Assembly (NCBI GenBank): GCA_036272195.1
Contig: DATAZE010000049.1
Coordinates: 1 to 64,000 of the forward strand
Direction of reading: 5' to 3'
DNA length: 64,000 nucleotides
Source: Verrucomicrobiia bacterium
GTDB lineage: Bacteria > Verrucomicrobiota > Verrucomicrobiia > Limisphaerales > DASXHY01
A program made the position numbers and the translations under genes. Shown here in pieces: positions 26,571 to 34,376 of this stretch. Below the pieces are notes generated by a model that did not search any database, was not told the origin of the DNA, and was given only the letters and a program-made list of their open reading frames with translations. The first letter of the stretch is position 1, and each line of letters starts with the position of its first letter.

Positions 26571-27593
26571 ATGCCGTTTACCACTGCTGAAATCGCGAAA
26601 TATCTGAAAGGCGAGGTTTTGGGCGATGTCGCCGCTGTCCTGAACACGTTCGCTCCCGCCGACCGCGCCCAGGTTGGTGATCTTACCTTCGCTGAAAACG
26701 CGGATTATTTCTCACGCGCCGAACAAAGCGCTGCCTCCGCGATCATCGTGGATGGCGATTTCACCTCGAAAAAAATCCTCATTCGCGTGCCGAACGCGCG
26801 CATCGGTTTTGCAAAAGCGCTGGAATTATTTTTTCCCGAACCGGCTTTTGCGCCGGGTGTGCATCCCACCGCCATCGTGGCTGCTTCAGCGCAAATCGAT
26901 CCCACGGCGCACGTGGGACCGTATTGTGTGGTCGCGGAAAAAGCCCACATCGGCGCGCGATCGATTTTGCAAGGCGGCAATCATCTGGGCGCGCACTGTC
27001 ATCTGGGCGAGGACGTGAATTTATTTCCGAACGTCACAGTTTACGCGCGCAGCGAAATCGGCAATCGCGTCCGCATTCACGCCGGGACGGTTGTCGGCTC
27101 CGACGGATTTGGTTACGTGCAGGATAACGGCATTCACCGCAAGGTGCCACAAATCGGCAACGTGATTATTCGCGACGACGTGGAAATCGGCTCGAACGTC
27201 TGCATCGATCGCGGAGCGCTCGGACCGACGATCATCGGCAAAGGCACCAAGATCGACAACCTCGTACAAATCGCGCACAACGTTTCCATCGGCGAACATT
27301 GCCTGGTCATTTCGCAAGTGGGCGTGGCCGGCAGCACGAAGCTGGGAAATTATGTGATTCTGGCGGGGCAGGCGGGACTGGCGGGACATTTGAAAATCGG
27401 CAATCGCGTGACGGTGACTGCGCAGGCCGGAGTAATGAACAATATTCCCGACGGCGAAAAGTGGCTGGGCTCGCCCGCGCAACCCGATCGCCAAGCCAAG
27501 CGGCAGATGATTGCCGCTACGCATTTACCGGATTTGTTGAAGCGCGTCGCCGAGCTGGAGAAAAAATTGGGCGTGGAATCGGAGCGGGAATAA
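26571..27593 (+). CDS. lpxD: UDP-3-O-(3-hydroxyacyl)glucosamine N-acyltransferase
   Basis: LpxD N-terminal domain + left-handed beta-helix hexapeptide repeats (IGxxVxIxxxxVIG...), C-terminal helix. Confidence 0.85.
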   Translation: MPFTTAEIAKYLKGEVLGDVAAVLNTFAPADRAQVGDLTFAENADYFSRAEQSAASAIIVDGDFTSKKILIRVPNARIGFAKALELFFPEPAFAPGVHPTAIVAASAQIDPTAHVGPYCVVAEKAHIGARSILQGGNHLGAHCHLGEDVNLFPNVTVYARSEIGNRVRIHAGTVVGSDGFGYVQDNGIHRKVPQIGNVIIRDDVEIGSNVCIDRGALGPTIIGKGTKIDNLVQIAHNVSIGEHCLVISQVGVAGSTKLGNYVILAGQAGLAGHLKIGNRVTVTAQAGVMNNIPDGEKWLGSPAQPDRQAKRQMIAATHLPDLLKRVAELEKKLGVESERE

Positions 27594-27837
27594 ATCGATT
27601 TCCCTCTAAAAATCGCGAGACGCTTGTAAGCGAGCGTCAACCGGGGACGCAATTCGCGCAGACCGTGGCAAGGCAGCACATTTTCAATTCGCAACTTCCT
27701 GCCATCGCCCCCTTTAACGCATGGCCTCATCATTTAAGGGTCAGCTCCATTTGTTGGCTGGGATTAAATATATTTTCCTCTTAATCAGATACTTATACGG
27801 CGACTCATTGACACCTCCAATCCTCAGGCGCACACTC

Positions 27838-28175
27838 GCCTTGTAGCAGCCTAAGTCGGCCTGCCTTCCTGCAGGCCGTCGCGGGGGACCCAAACCCGGA
27901 TTCCGCAATTGCGGAACGGGGCGGGGCGAACGGCGATGGCGAACCATCGTCGAGGTCACTTTCAGGACCTAGCCCGTCAGCTAACCTCGTCGGCATCTGG
28001 AAGGGCGATCCTCCAGGACCCGCGTGTGCGGGCACCCGCGGTCTCCCCACTCAAAACGCGTTGCGTGTTGTAGCGGCGGTCTATGCCCGTCGCCAAGATA
28101 TGCAGCGGCGCTCCCTGAGCGCCGGACTGACCTTGTAGAACTGCGGCGGTCATAGACCGCTGCTACACGAGCTAC
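27838..28175. repeat. cluster of GTAG...CTAC REP-like palindromic elements (BIME-like) upstream of flotillin gene; alternatively a structured ncRNA
   Basis: GTAG-headed palindromes: 27842 GTAGCAGCC + hairpin GGCCTGC-cttcct-GCAGGCC; 28068 GTAGCGGCGGTCTATG pairs with 28152 CATAGACCGCTGCTAC; 28136-28167 GTAGAACTGCGGCGGTCATAGACCGCTGCTAC; inner hairpin GGCGCTC-cct-GAGCGCC. Confidence 0.35.
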
Positions 28176-28201
28176 AGCGCAGCCATATCGGAGATTGGGT
28201 T

Positions 28202-29998
28202 ATGACAAATGTATTCACGTTTTTGGCAAATCACTGGGTGCTTACCGGCGTGGCGTTCATCGTCTTGTTTGCAATGTTCGCGCAATTGTTTACTGGAGCG
28301 GCGCTCATCTCGGAACGGCAGGTCGGCATCGTCGTGAAGCGATTCGGCGGGCGCGGTTTGGAACCGGGCCGCTTGATTGCCCTTGCCGGCGAAGCGGGGT
28401 ATCAGGCCGATACGCTCGCGCCGGGACTGCATTTCGGGTTCTGGCGCTGGCAATATCGAATCATCAAAGGCTCGGTCACCGTCGTGCCCCAGGGTGAAAT
28501 CGCCCTGGTGCTCGCGGCAGATGGCGCCGCGATTCCCGCCGAGCGAATCCTGGGAAAAATCGTCGATTGCGACAATTTCCAGGACGCGCGGAAGTTCCTG
28601 GTGAACGGCGGCGAAAAGGGCCGTCAGCTCGGGATGCTGACTGGCGGCACGTATCGCATCAATTCCGCGTTGTTCACGGTCATCACGTCGCACACGGCGG
28701 AAAATCACGCCATGGCGCCGTTGCAACTGGAACTCACCCGTGTGAACACCGACATGGTGGGCATCGTGACGACACTGGACGGCCGGCCGATTGAGGCCGG
28801 GGAAATTGCCGGGCCGACCATTGCCGGTCACGACAACTTCCAGAATGCACAGGCATTCCTGGACGGCGGCGGCAGTCGCGGATTGCAGGAACAAGTCCTG
28901 TTGTCCGGCACGTGGAACCTGAATCCCTGGTTCGCCCAGGTGGAGCAGGTCCCGATGGTGCATATACCGATTGGCCACATTGGCGTCGTGATCTCGTTCG
29001 TTGGAAAGGCGCACGAGGACGTCAGCGGAGTCGAGTTCAAACATGGCGACCTGGTCATGGTCGGTCACAAAGGTGTGTGGGTGACGCCGCTTTATCCCGG
29101 CAAACACCCGCTCAACACCCGCGTGATGAAAGTTGAATTGGTCCCGACCACGAACATCGTATTGAACTGGGCCACGCGCACCGAGGCGCATCATTACGAC
29201 GAGAAGCTTTCGTCGATAACCGTGCGCTCGAAGGACGGGTTCGCGTTCAATCTCGACGTGTCGCAGATCATCCACGTCGGCGCGCTCGACGCGCCGAAGG
29301 TCATCTCGCGCGTCGGATCGATGCAGAACCTGGTCGATCACGTGTTGCAGCCGATTGTCGGAAATTACTTCCGCAACTCGGCGCAGGATTACACGGTGCT
29401 CGACTTCCTGAGCGCGCGCAGCCATCGCCAGACGGAAGCGGCGGAACATATCCGCACGGCCATCGGCGCTTATGACGTGCAGGCGATCGACACGCTGATT
29501 GGCGATATCAATCCACCGGCCCAGTTGATGCAGACGCAGACGGACCGGAAGATCGCCGAAGAGCAGAAGAAGACCTACGAAGTGCAGGAAGCCGCGCAGA
29601 AGCAGCGCCAACAATTGGTGCGACAGACTTCGCTCGCGGACATCCAGCAACAGGTCGTCGGCGCGGAACAGGGCGTGAGCATCGCGGAATTGCACGCGAA
29701 CGCCAACGTCAAGCAGGCGGCCGGTGAAGCCGAATCGACGCGGTTGCGCGCCATCGGCGAAGCGGAAGCGATTCGCGCAACCGGCCAGGCGAAGGCCGAA
29801 GCTTATCGCGCGGGCGTGGAATCGCTCGGCACACAGGGCTACACGGTGATGCAGTTGATGCAAATCGTGGGCGACCGCAACGTGCGAATTGTGCCGGACG
29901 TCGCGGTAAGCGGCGCCACGGCAAACCCGGGCCTGGTGGATGGATTACTCGGCGTGATGCTGCGCAATCAAAATACCGGCCCAACTCAGAAAAACTGA
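28202..29998 (+). CDS. flotillin/SPFH (band-7) family protein (YqiK-like)
   Basis: N-terminal TM, SPFH domain, long C-terminal coiled-coil/EA-rich region (EQKKTYEVQEAAQKQRQQL...). Confidence 0.8.
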   Translation: MTNVFTFLANHWVLTGVAFIVLFAMFAQLFTGAALISERQVGIVVKRFGGRGLEPGRLIALAGEAGYQADTLAPGLHFGFWRWQYRIIKGSVTVVPQGEIALVLAADGAAIPAERILGKIVDCDNFQDARKFLVNGGEKGRQLGMLTGGTYRINSALFTVITSHTAENHAMAPLQLELTRVNTDMVGIVTTLDGRPIEAGEIAGPTIAGHDNFQNAQAFLDGGGSRGLQEQVLLSGTWNLNPWFAQVEQVPMVHIPIGHIGVVISFVGKAHEDVSGVEFKHGDLVMVGHKGVWVTPLYPGKHPLNTRVMKVELVPTTNIVLNWATRTEAHHYDEKLSSITVRSKDGFAFNLDVSQIIHVGALDAPKVISRVGSMQNLVDHVLQPIVGNYFRNSAQDYTVLDFLSARSHRQTEAAEHIRTAIGAYDVQAIDTLIGDINPPAQLMQTQTDRKIAEEQKKTYEVQEAAQKQRQQLVRQTSLADIQQQVVGAEQGVSIAELHANANVKQAAGEAESTRLRAIGEAEAIRATGQAKAEAYRAGVESLGTQGYTVMQLMQIVGDRNVRIVPDVAVSGATANPGLVDGLLGVMLRNQNTGPTQKN

Positions 29999-30074
29999 GC
30001 GCCAGGGAGGCACGGAGCGCGCCAGCAATGGCGCGCTCCCTTTTCTCTGGAAAATAAGCCAACCGAAATTCGAT

Positions 30075-30494
30075 ATGAATACTTACCAGCACACTCAACC
30101 AGGCACGGCCATCGTCAATTGCATGCGGGTGATGTTCGTGTTTTTCGCCGTCGGCAGCGTCTTCCTGCATCAATTTATAATCGGGACAATAATAATCGCA
30201 ATCACCGGCTGGGTCTTTCGCTCGATGACCATTGAAATCTCCGAGACGGAATTGATTTGGTATTTCGGCTCCGGTTTTCTGCGGAAACGTGTGCCGCTGA
30301 GCGAAGTGGCATCGGCAGAGCCGGTCACGACCACATTTTGGAACGGCTGGGGGATTCATTACACGTCGCGCGGCTGGCTTTACAACGTGGCCGGTCGAGG
30401 CGCAGTCACCATCACCTTGCGGAATGGCAAACAGTTCTGTCTGGGAACAGATGAGCCGGAGGAGTTAGCCAGGCAATTGATGGCGCGCAAATAA
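30075..30494 (+). CDS. hypothetical membrane protein (2 TM + small soluble domain)
   Basis: ORF with TM helices immediately downstream of the flotillin gene; no confident family. Confidence 0.45.
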   Translation: MNTYQHTQPGTAIVNCMRVMFVFFAVGSVFLHQFIIGTIIIAITGWVFRSMTIEISETELIWYFGSGFLRKRVPLSEVASAEPVTTTFWNGWGIHYTSRGWLYNVAGRGAVTITLRNGKQFCLGTDEPEELARQLMARK

Positions 30495-30530
30495 TAACGC
30501 GAAGCACGAACGGAAGCGCACCCAACATTC

Positions 30531-30603
30531 GTAGCAGCCGACGTCAGGAGGCTCCAATCAGATTTTCCAAAAAAGGAATGAGCCTCCTGATGTCGGCTGC
30601 TAC
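30531..30603. terminator. 24-bp inverted repeat with 25-nt loop, GTAG...CTAC REP-like, between convergent genes
   Basis: GTAGCAGCCGACGTCAGGAGGCTC ... GAGCCTCCTGATGTCGGCTGCTAC (23/24). Right arm overlaps the stop of the minus-strand DUF2007 gene. Confidence 0.5.
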
Positions 30604-30809
30604 AACTCATCTTCCCGCTCGGCGTAGAATAACTGGTGGGCGCGATCGTAATCGGCTTCAGGAACGAACACTTTGGCGGGGCGATTTAAATCGCCATCTT
30701 CCGGCAGCGTCGGATCTACGAATTCCTGCGTGGCCATGATGCCGTGTTTTTCCAGCATCACGACGAGCATTTCAGTATTAATGACCGGGCCGGTATAGAA
30801 GAGCTTCAC
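30600..30809 (-). CDS. DUF2007-domain small protein (putative signal-transducing, PII-like fold)
   Basis: MKLFYTGPVINTEMLVVMLEKHGI...VFVPEADYDRAHQL matches the DUF2007 pattern. Confidence 0.5.
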   Translation of the reverse strand: MKLFYTGPVINTEMLVVMLEKHGIMATQEFVDPTLPEDGDLNRPAKVFVPEADYDRAHQLFYAEREDEL

Positions 30810-30935
30810 TTCAGTGAATTAAACCACGATAGGCCGTGAAGCGTAAAACACGAATTAACCTGAACGCGTTCTTATAAATTGACGCAATACGCACATACGC
30901 ACCCCACCCCATACAAAATAACTCTTCTCGTGTAA

Positions 30936-31316
30936 TTGTCATCGCGTCCGGGATTTGAGAAAGTAATGCGCAACGAGGCAATTATGAATGACATCAATAA
31001 AGAAGAAGTTTTTAGCAACCTGAAGAGTTTCTTGAAATCGAAAGGCATCGAAATCCAGGACGGCTCCTACGCCGCCGGAATTCGCAAGGGCTGCGAAATC
31101 CTCACCGATACCGTGAACCTCAGCCAGCGGGCATTGGTGCGGGCAAAGGGCGCGATGGACAAGGGCCTGGATCAGGTTCGGCAAACCGTCCACGAGCGGA
31201 CAGCGCCGAAAACGGGCGGTGCCAAAGCAAAGGAACCCGCCTCCGCCAAATCCAAAAATAAAACCCGCCCAAAAACAAACACCGAAAAAAAACGCGCCAG
31301 GCGCTCTCCCAAATAG
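30936..31316 (+). CDS. hypothetical small basic protein
   Basis: ORF with Lys/Arg-rich C-terminus. Start uncertain (30969 or 30984). Confidence 0.35.
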   Translation: MSSRPGFEKVMRNEAIMNDINKEEVFSNLKSFLKSKGIEIQDGSYAAGIRKGCEILTDTVNLSQRALVRAKGAMDKGLDQVRQTVHERTAPKTGGAKAKEPASAKSKNKTRPKTNTEKKRARRSPK

Positions 31317-31790
31317 CGCGGCCCAGCGACATCAGCACAGAATATCAGCCGTGATCGACACATCTCGTTTTTCGCGTACGATCTTCAAAATGTTTCAGTC
31401 CCAAAGGAGCTTCCGATTTGAACCGCGGAGCGGTTATGGATATTAGCCGGGGACAACGTCCCCGGTTACGGGTGTAAAAATAACTTCGTCGCGGAGCGAC
31501 GAAGGAAAACGGCCGCTCCTCACCAACCTGAACTGGCTTCCAAAACGCGAAACCGTTTTGCCTGGCAGAAAGAATCTTTGCACCACCTTGAACCGCGGGA
31601 CGATTAGGGAAAATACCACGGCGTTTCAACGCCAGGAACTGGCTCGCTCCCACACAAGGCCCGAACGGACGGCTGATCTGGGAATCGCGTTTTCGACGAT
31701 GCCCTCGGGACTTAACCGCTCACGCCCGCCGCGCTCCCATCGAAAAACCGCTATTGGATTTCGCCCGCTGTCTGGCATAGTTCGCGGACA

Positions 31791-32366
31791 ATGGAACGGA
31801 CTGAAGCGGAATTGATAGCCGCAGTTTTGAAGGGCGATGCCGCCAGTTTCGAGCCGTTGATTGAGAAGTATTCTCCCCGCGTTTTTGCCACCGCCCGGCG
31901 CTATGCCCGCCGCGAAAGCGAGATCGAGGACATCGTCCAGGAAGTGTGGCTTAAAGCCTATCAAAAGCTGCAAAGCTTTCGCGGCGAAGCCCCCTTCGAG
32001 CATTGGCTGATGCGCCTGGCCGTGCGCACCTGCTACGATTTTTTACGCAGCCATCAGCGCAACCGCGAATCCGCCTTCTCGGATTTGAGTGAGCCGGAGG
32101 ATGATTGGCTGGAGCGCTTCGTCCACACGCCGGGCGCCGCGCGGGAGGATGCTGATGCGGCCCGCCAGCTCGTCCAGCGCGTCCTGCAATCCCTTTCACC
32201 ACCGGCGCGCCTGGTCATCACGCTGCTGGAAATCGAGGACCGGTCGGTGAAGGAAATCTCCAAACTGACCGGATGGTCCGTTCCGTTGGTGAAAGTGCGC
32301 GCCTTTCGCGCCCGGGCTGAGATGCGAAAGATATTGGCAAAAATTACCCAAGAGAAGTATCTGTAA
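31791..32366 (+). CDS. RNA polymerase sigma-70 factor, ECF subfamily
   Basis: Region 2 (IVQEVWLKAYQKLQSFRGEAPFEHWLMRLAVRTCYDFLR) and region 4 HTH (SVKEISKLTGWSVPLVKVRAFRARAEMRK). Confidence 0.85.
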   Translation: MERTEAELIAAVLKGDAASFEPLIEKYSPRVFATARRYARRESEIEDIVQEVWLKAYQKLQSFRGEAPFEHWLMRLAVRTCYDFLRSHQRNRESAFSDLSEPEDDWLERFVHTPGAAREDADAARQLVQRVLQSLSPPARLVITLLEIEDRSVKEISKLTGWSVPLVKVRAFRARAEMRKILAKITQEKYL

Positions 32367-32403
32367 CTGAACGAAAATATCAGGCGTCTAGTAAAATAGA
32401 AGT

Positions 32404-32715
32404 ATGAACCTTGTTGAGCTGCAAAAGAAGTTGATTGCCGCCGCCCGCGCGAATCCGCCGAGCGACCGCGTCCCGCCATCATTTGAAAAACGGATCATGG
32501 CATTGATTACTGCCCGCCCCGTTTCTGACGTCTGGGCCGCATGGGCTCGGGGTCTCTGGGTTGCTGCCGCGCCGTGCGTGGCCGTCATGCTCCTGTTCAG
32601 CGCCATGGCATTTTTCCATGCGCCGCAACCAAGCAATCCCTCCATCGATCTCGCCCAGCAACTCGATAACACCTTGCTCGCCGCGGTGGATCAAAATAGT
32701 GATTCCTCCTGGTGA
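32404..32715 (+). CDS. putative anti-sigma factor (single-TM)
   Basis: Small protein with a central TM helix immediately downstream of the ECF sigma. Confidence 0.4.
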   Translation: MNLVELQKKLIAAARANPPSDRVPPSFEKRIMALITARPVSDVWAAWARGLWVAAAPCVAVMLLFSAMAFFHAPQPSNPSIDLAQQLDNTLLAAVDQNSDSSW

Positions 32716-33173
32716 ACACGTGGAAAGCCATCTTTGCTGCGCTGGTGATTTTCGGCGCCGGCTTCGTGACCGGTAACGTCCTGAATCGCATCACTTCAAA
32801 GACGCCCCTTTCAGCCGTGGCTCCCCATGCTGGAACTCGTTCCTCCTCCCAGCCGCTTTCTCTCGAGCAACTTCGCAAAGTCGAATTGATGGGACGCGTC
32901 CAAAAAGACCTCGACCTCACGCCCGAGCAACACGCCCGCATTGAAAAAATCATTGGCGACGCCCAGGAACGCATTCGCGATTTGTGGGACCAGGTCGCCC
33001 CGGACATTCACGACGAATACGACGACTTCCAGAAAAAGCTGTGCAGTGAATTGACGCCGGACCAGAAGAAGCGTTTCGACGCGCTCATGAAAGCCCAGCA
33101 GCATTCGCACAAGCCCGCTTCCACGAATGCCCCGCCCCAAGCCGCCGTGGAACCGAAGAAGATCGACGCTTAA
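32712..33173 (+). CDS. Spy/CpxP-family (LTXXQ motif) periplasmic protein
   Basis: Signal anchor + two LTxxQ motifs (LTPEQHARIEKI, LTPDQKKRFDAL). Confidence 0.55.
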   Translation: MNTWKAIFAALVIFGAGFVTGNVLNRITSKTPLSAVAPHAGTRSSSQPLSLEQLRKVELMGRVQKDLDLTPEQHARIEKIIGDAQERIRDLWDQVAPDIHDEYDDFQKKLCSELTPDQKKRFDALMKAQQHSHKPASTNAPPQAAVEPKKIDA

Positions 33174-33225
33174 ATTGTCTGGCTGCGGTATCGGCACATT
33201 TCAGGGCTGACGTTTTCAACCACAG

Positions 33226-33316
33226 AAAAGCTTCAAATTCCAAGCCCCAATTCGTCACTATCTTCTTTGGTATTTGGAGTTTGGCGATTCTTTGGAGCTT
33301 GGGGCTTGGAATTTGG
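33226..33316. repeat. 21-bp inverted repeat (GCTTCAAATTCCAAGCCCCAA / TTGGGGCTTGGAATTTGGAGC) enclosing a TTGGAG repeat array, upstream of the rpmH promoter
   Basis: 20/21 complementarity. The 49-bp spacer carries TTGGAG/TTGGCG/TTTGGAG repeats. Confidence 0.45.
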
Positions 33317-33372
33317 AGCTTTAGGCCACACGGAGAAGTTTAAATTCAAATTAGGACATCCGTCGGCCATCC

Positions 33373-33400
33373 TTGACACCCAAAAGTTCGCTGATATGCT
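33373..33400 (+). promoter_or_regulatory. putative sigma70 promoter of rpmH operon (TTGACA-16 nt-TATGCT)
   Basis: -35 TTGACA 33373-33378, -10 TATGCT 33395-33400, ~78 nt upstream of rpmH ATG. Confidence 0.45.
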
Positions 33401-33478
33401 CCCGCGTTCCGATTTTAGGGATGTTTCCCGAACTCGTTGGTGGCGCGAATTGTCGCGCCCATTAGCTGATTAGAATTT

Positions 33479-33616
33479 ATGAAACGACAGTATCAACCGT
33501 CCAAACGCCGCCGGGTCCGGCAGCATGGTTTTCTGGCACGCAACAGCACCAAGAGCGGGCGCGCCACTTTGGCCAATCGCCGCCGCCAGGGCCGCAAGCG
33601 CCTGACGCCGGTTTAA
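33479..33616 (+). CDS. rpmH: 50S ribosomal protein L34 (not in ORF track because <60 aa)
   Basis: [45 protein letters not shown] matches L34 consensus. Immediately upstream of rnpA. Confidence 0.9.
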   Translation: MKRQYQPSKRRRVRQHGFLARNSTKSGRATLANRRRQGRKRLTPV

Positions 33617-33622
33617 TCGGCC

Positions 33623-33991
33623 ATGCCCGCCGAGCCGCCCAGGCTGAAGTTTGGCCGCGCGATGCGCATCAAGCAGGGCCGGGATTTTTCCCGCGTGCGG
33701 CAGGACGGCCAGCGGTTGGTGCACGGCTGCATGATCGCCAATTGGCGCAAGCTGCCGGTGGAATCAAGCCATCGCCTCGGCGTCGTGACGAGTGGCAAGC
33801 TCGGCAATGCTGTGGTTCGCAACCGGGCGCGCCGGCTGTTAAGGGAGGCCTTTCGCACCCATCAATACGATTTGACGCAACCGGTGGATTTAGTCCTGGT
33901 GGCGCGGGCTTCGATTGTAGGCAAAACTTTTGCCTTCGTGGAAAAGGACTTTTTGACAACGTTGCGCAAAGCGGGACTGTTAAGCAAATGA
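33623..33991 (+). CDS. rnpA: ribonuclease P protein component
   Basis: RnpA motifs ([32 protein letters not shown]). Conserved rpmH-rnpA linkage. Confidence 0.85.
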   Translation: MPAEPPRLKFGRAMRIKQGRDFSRVRQDGQRLVHGCMIANWRKLPVESSHRLGVVTSGKLGNAVVRNRARRLLREAFRTHQYDLTQPVDLVLVARASIVGKTFAFVEKDFLTTLRKAGLLSK

Positions 33992-34008
33992 ACAAGGCAG
34001 AAGGCAGA

Positions 34009-34371
34009 ATGAAGAAACTGATCCCGGCGCGTGTGCGTCGGGCTTTTGCATTCTTCCTTCTTCCTTCTTCCTTCTTAATTCTCTTCGTCCGTCTCTATCG
34101 CATCACGCTCTCGCCGGCCAAAGCGTTTCTCTTCGGTCCGTCCGCGCAATGCCGCTTCGAGCCGAGCTGCTCACAATACGCCATCGAGGCCCTCAAAACC
34201 CACGGCGCCATAAGCGGCGGCTGGCTCGCGGCCAAACGCGTTTGCCGCTGCCATCCCTGGGGCGAATGCGGCGAAGACCCGGTGCCGGCAGTTAAGCCCA
34301 AAGTCCAAAATCTAAAGTCCAACGCTCCGCATCCCACGTTCCAGGTTTCGAACTTTGGATCGCGAATCTAA
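34009..34371 (+). CDS. yidD: membrane protein insertion efficiency factor YidD
   Basis: Embedded in track ORF 33742..34371. [65 protein letters not shown] = DUF37/YidD signature. Alternative start 33988. Confidence 0.75.
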   Translation: MKKLIPARVRRAFAFFLLPSSFLILFVRLYRITLSPAKAFLFGPSAQCRFEPSCSQYAIEALKTHGAISGGWLAAKRVCRCHPWGECGEDPVPAVKPKVQNLKSNAPHPTFQVSNFGSRI

Positions 34372-34376
34372 TTTTC

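Noticed and set aside
27838-28175. RNase P RNA (rnpB) on the minus strand
   Set aside because: Matches to CR-I-like AGUCCGG and CR-V-like CGACUUA plus a terminal helix were found. However, the universally conserved GGUAAG/AGGGUGAAA elements are absent, P2/P3 cannot be placed, and the same GTAGCAGCC-headed palindromes recur at 30.5 kb. A REP-cluster interpretation is preferred; an Rfam scan would settle it.
28172-29863. 563-aa ORF on the minus strand
   Set aside because: Antisense to the flotillin/SPFH gene, which has clear family features. Arg/His-rich nonsense composition typical of high-GC antisense frames.
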